DNA of 5,471 bases. It comes from a virus. The notes below the pieces were generated by a model, which searched no databases, had not been told where the DNA came from, and saw only the letters and a program-made list of their open reading frames with translations. Positions within the stretch are counted from its first letter, which is position 1; each line of letters starts with the position of its first letter. This document shows, in pieces, positions 5,415 through 5,471 of the stretch. The position numbers and the translations under genes are program-made. The stretch lies in the IMG/VR virus record IMGVR_UViG_3300005309_000013; one strand, written 5' to 3'.

Positions 5415-5471
5415 TTATTTTCGTTATTATTTTTTTATTTGTTATTATGTAATTTTTTTTTGCTTCTTTTT
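5404..5471. repeat. Terminal direct repeat (right copy), identical to 1-68. It implies a 5403-nt circular unit.
   Basis: Same 68-nt string as 1-68. It contains the ATG of the 5073..5414 ORF (5412-5414, equivalent to 9-11). Confidence 0.97.

Noticed and set aside
76-5452. All long + strand ORFs in the track (76..438, 482..1033, 1047..1250, 1076..1420, 1339..1788, 1445..1648, 1650..1862, 1855..2673, 2235..2450, 3637..3876, 3936..4379, 4683..4934, 4945..5283, 5120..5452).
   Set aside because: Their translations are monotonous Leu/Phe/Ser/Cys strings. The + strand is so T-rich and A-poor that stop codons are rare by composition alone. Each lies antisense to a minus-strand gene with recognisable microvirus motifs or clean gene junctions.
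1-5471. Search for tRNA/rRNA genes, CRISPR arrays, transposase or integrase genes, and a peptidase or endolysin gene.
   Set aside because: I saw no cloverleaf-capable or GC-rich structured RNA segments, no spaced repeat arrays, and no ORF with recognisable integrase, transposase or lysin motifs. The only repeats are the terminal overlap and short coding-sequence repeats.

Overview
The window is a complete, circularly closed Microviridae (small ssDNA phage) genome. Bases 1-68 are identical to 5404-5471, which is an assembly overlap, so the unit length is 5403 nt. All credible genes lie on the minus strand and are tightly packed, with gaps of 0-6 nt at most junctions. Reading 5'->3' on the minus strand, the order is: hypothetical ORF (5414->5073), major capsid protein VP1 (5071->3104), small acidic probable scaffolding protein (3097->2732), a 119-nt intergenic region with a terminator-like hairpin, an untracked 56-aa ORF (2612->2442), minor capsid/pilot protein VP2 (2440->1640), rolling-circle Rep VP4 (1637->576), then an accessory stretch with a 64-aa ORF and two untracked single-helix membrane peptides (523->155). 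From memory, the VP1 N-terminal motifs resemble the Alpavirinae-like gut/Bacteroidota microviruses. The A-rich leaders without Shine-Dalgarno sequences and one TTTG-N19-TAnnTTTG promoter match fit that host range. The given + strand is very T-rich, so every long + strand ORF in the track is a Leu/Phe-rich composition artefact. The items most worth follow-up are the tandem mini membrane-peptide genes (possible lysis or exclusion function), two prominent hairpins (one intergenic, one GC-rich inside rep) as origin or terminator candidates, and an ambiguous gene model across the circular junction. No homology search could be run, so all family assignments rest on motif recognition.
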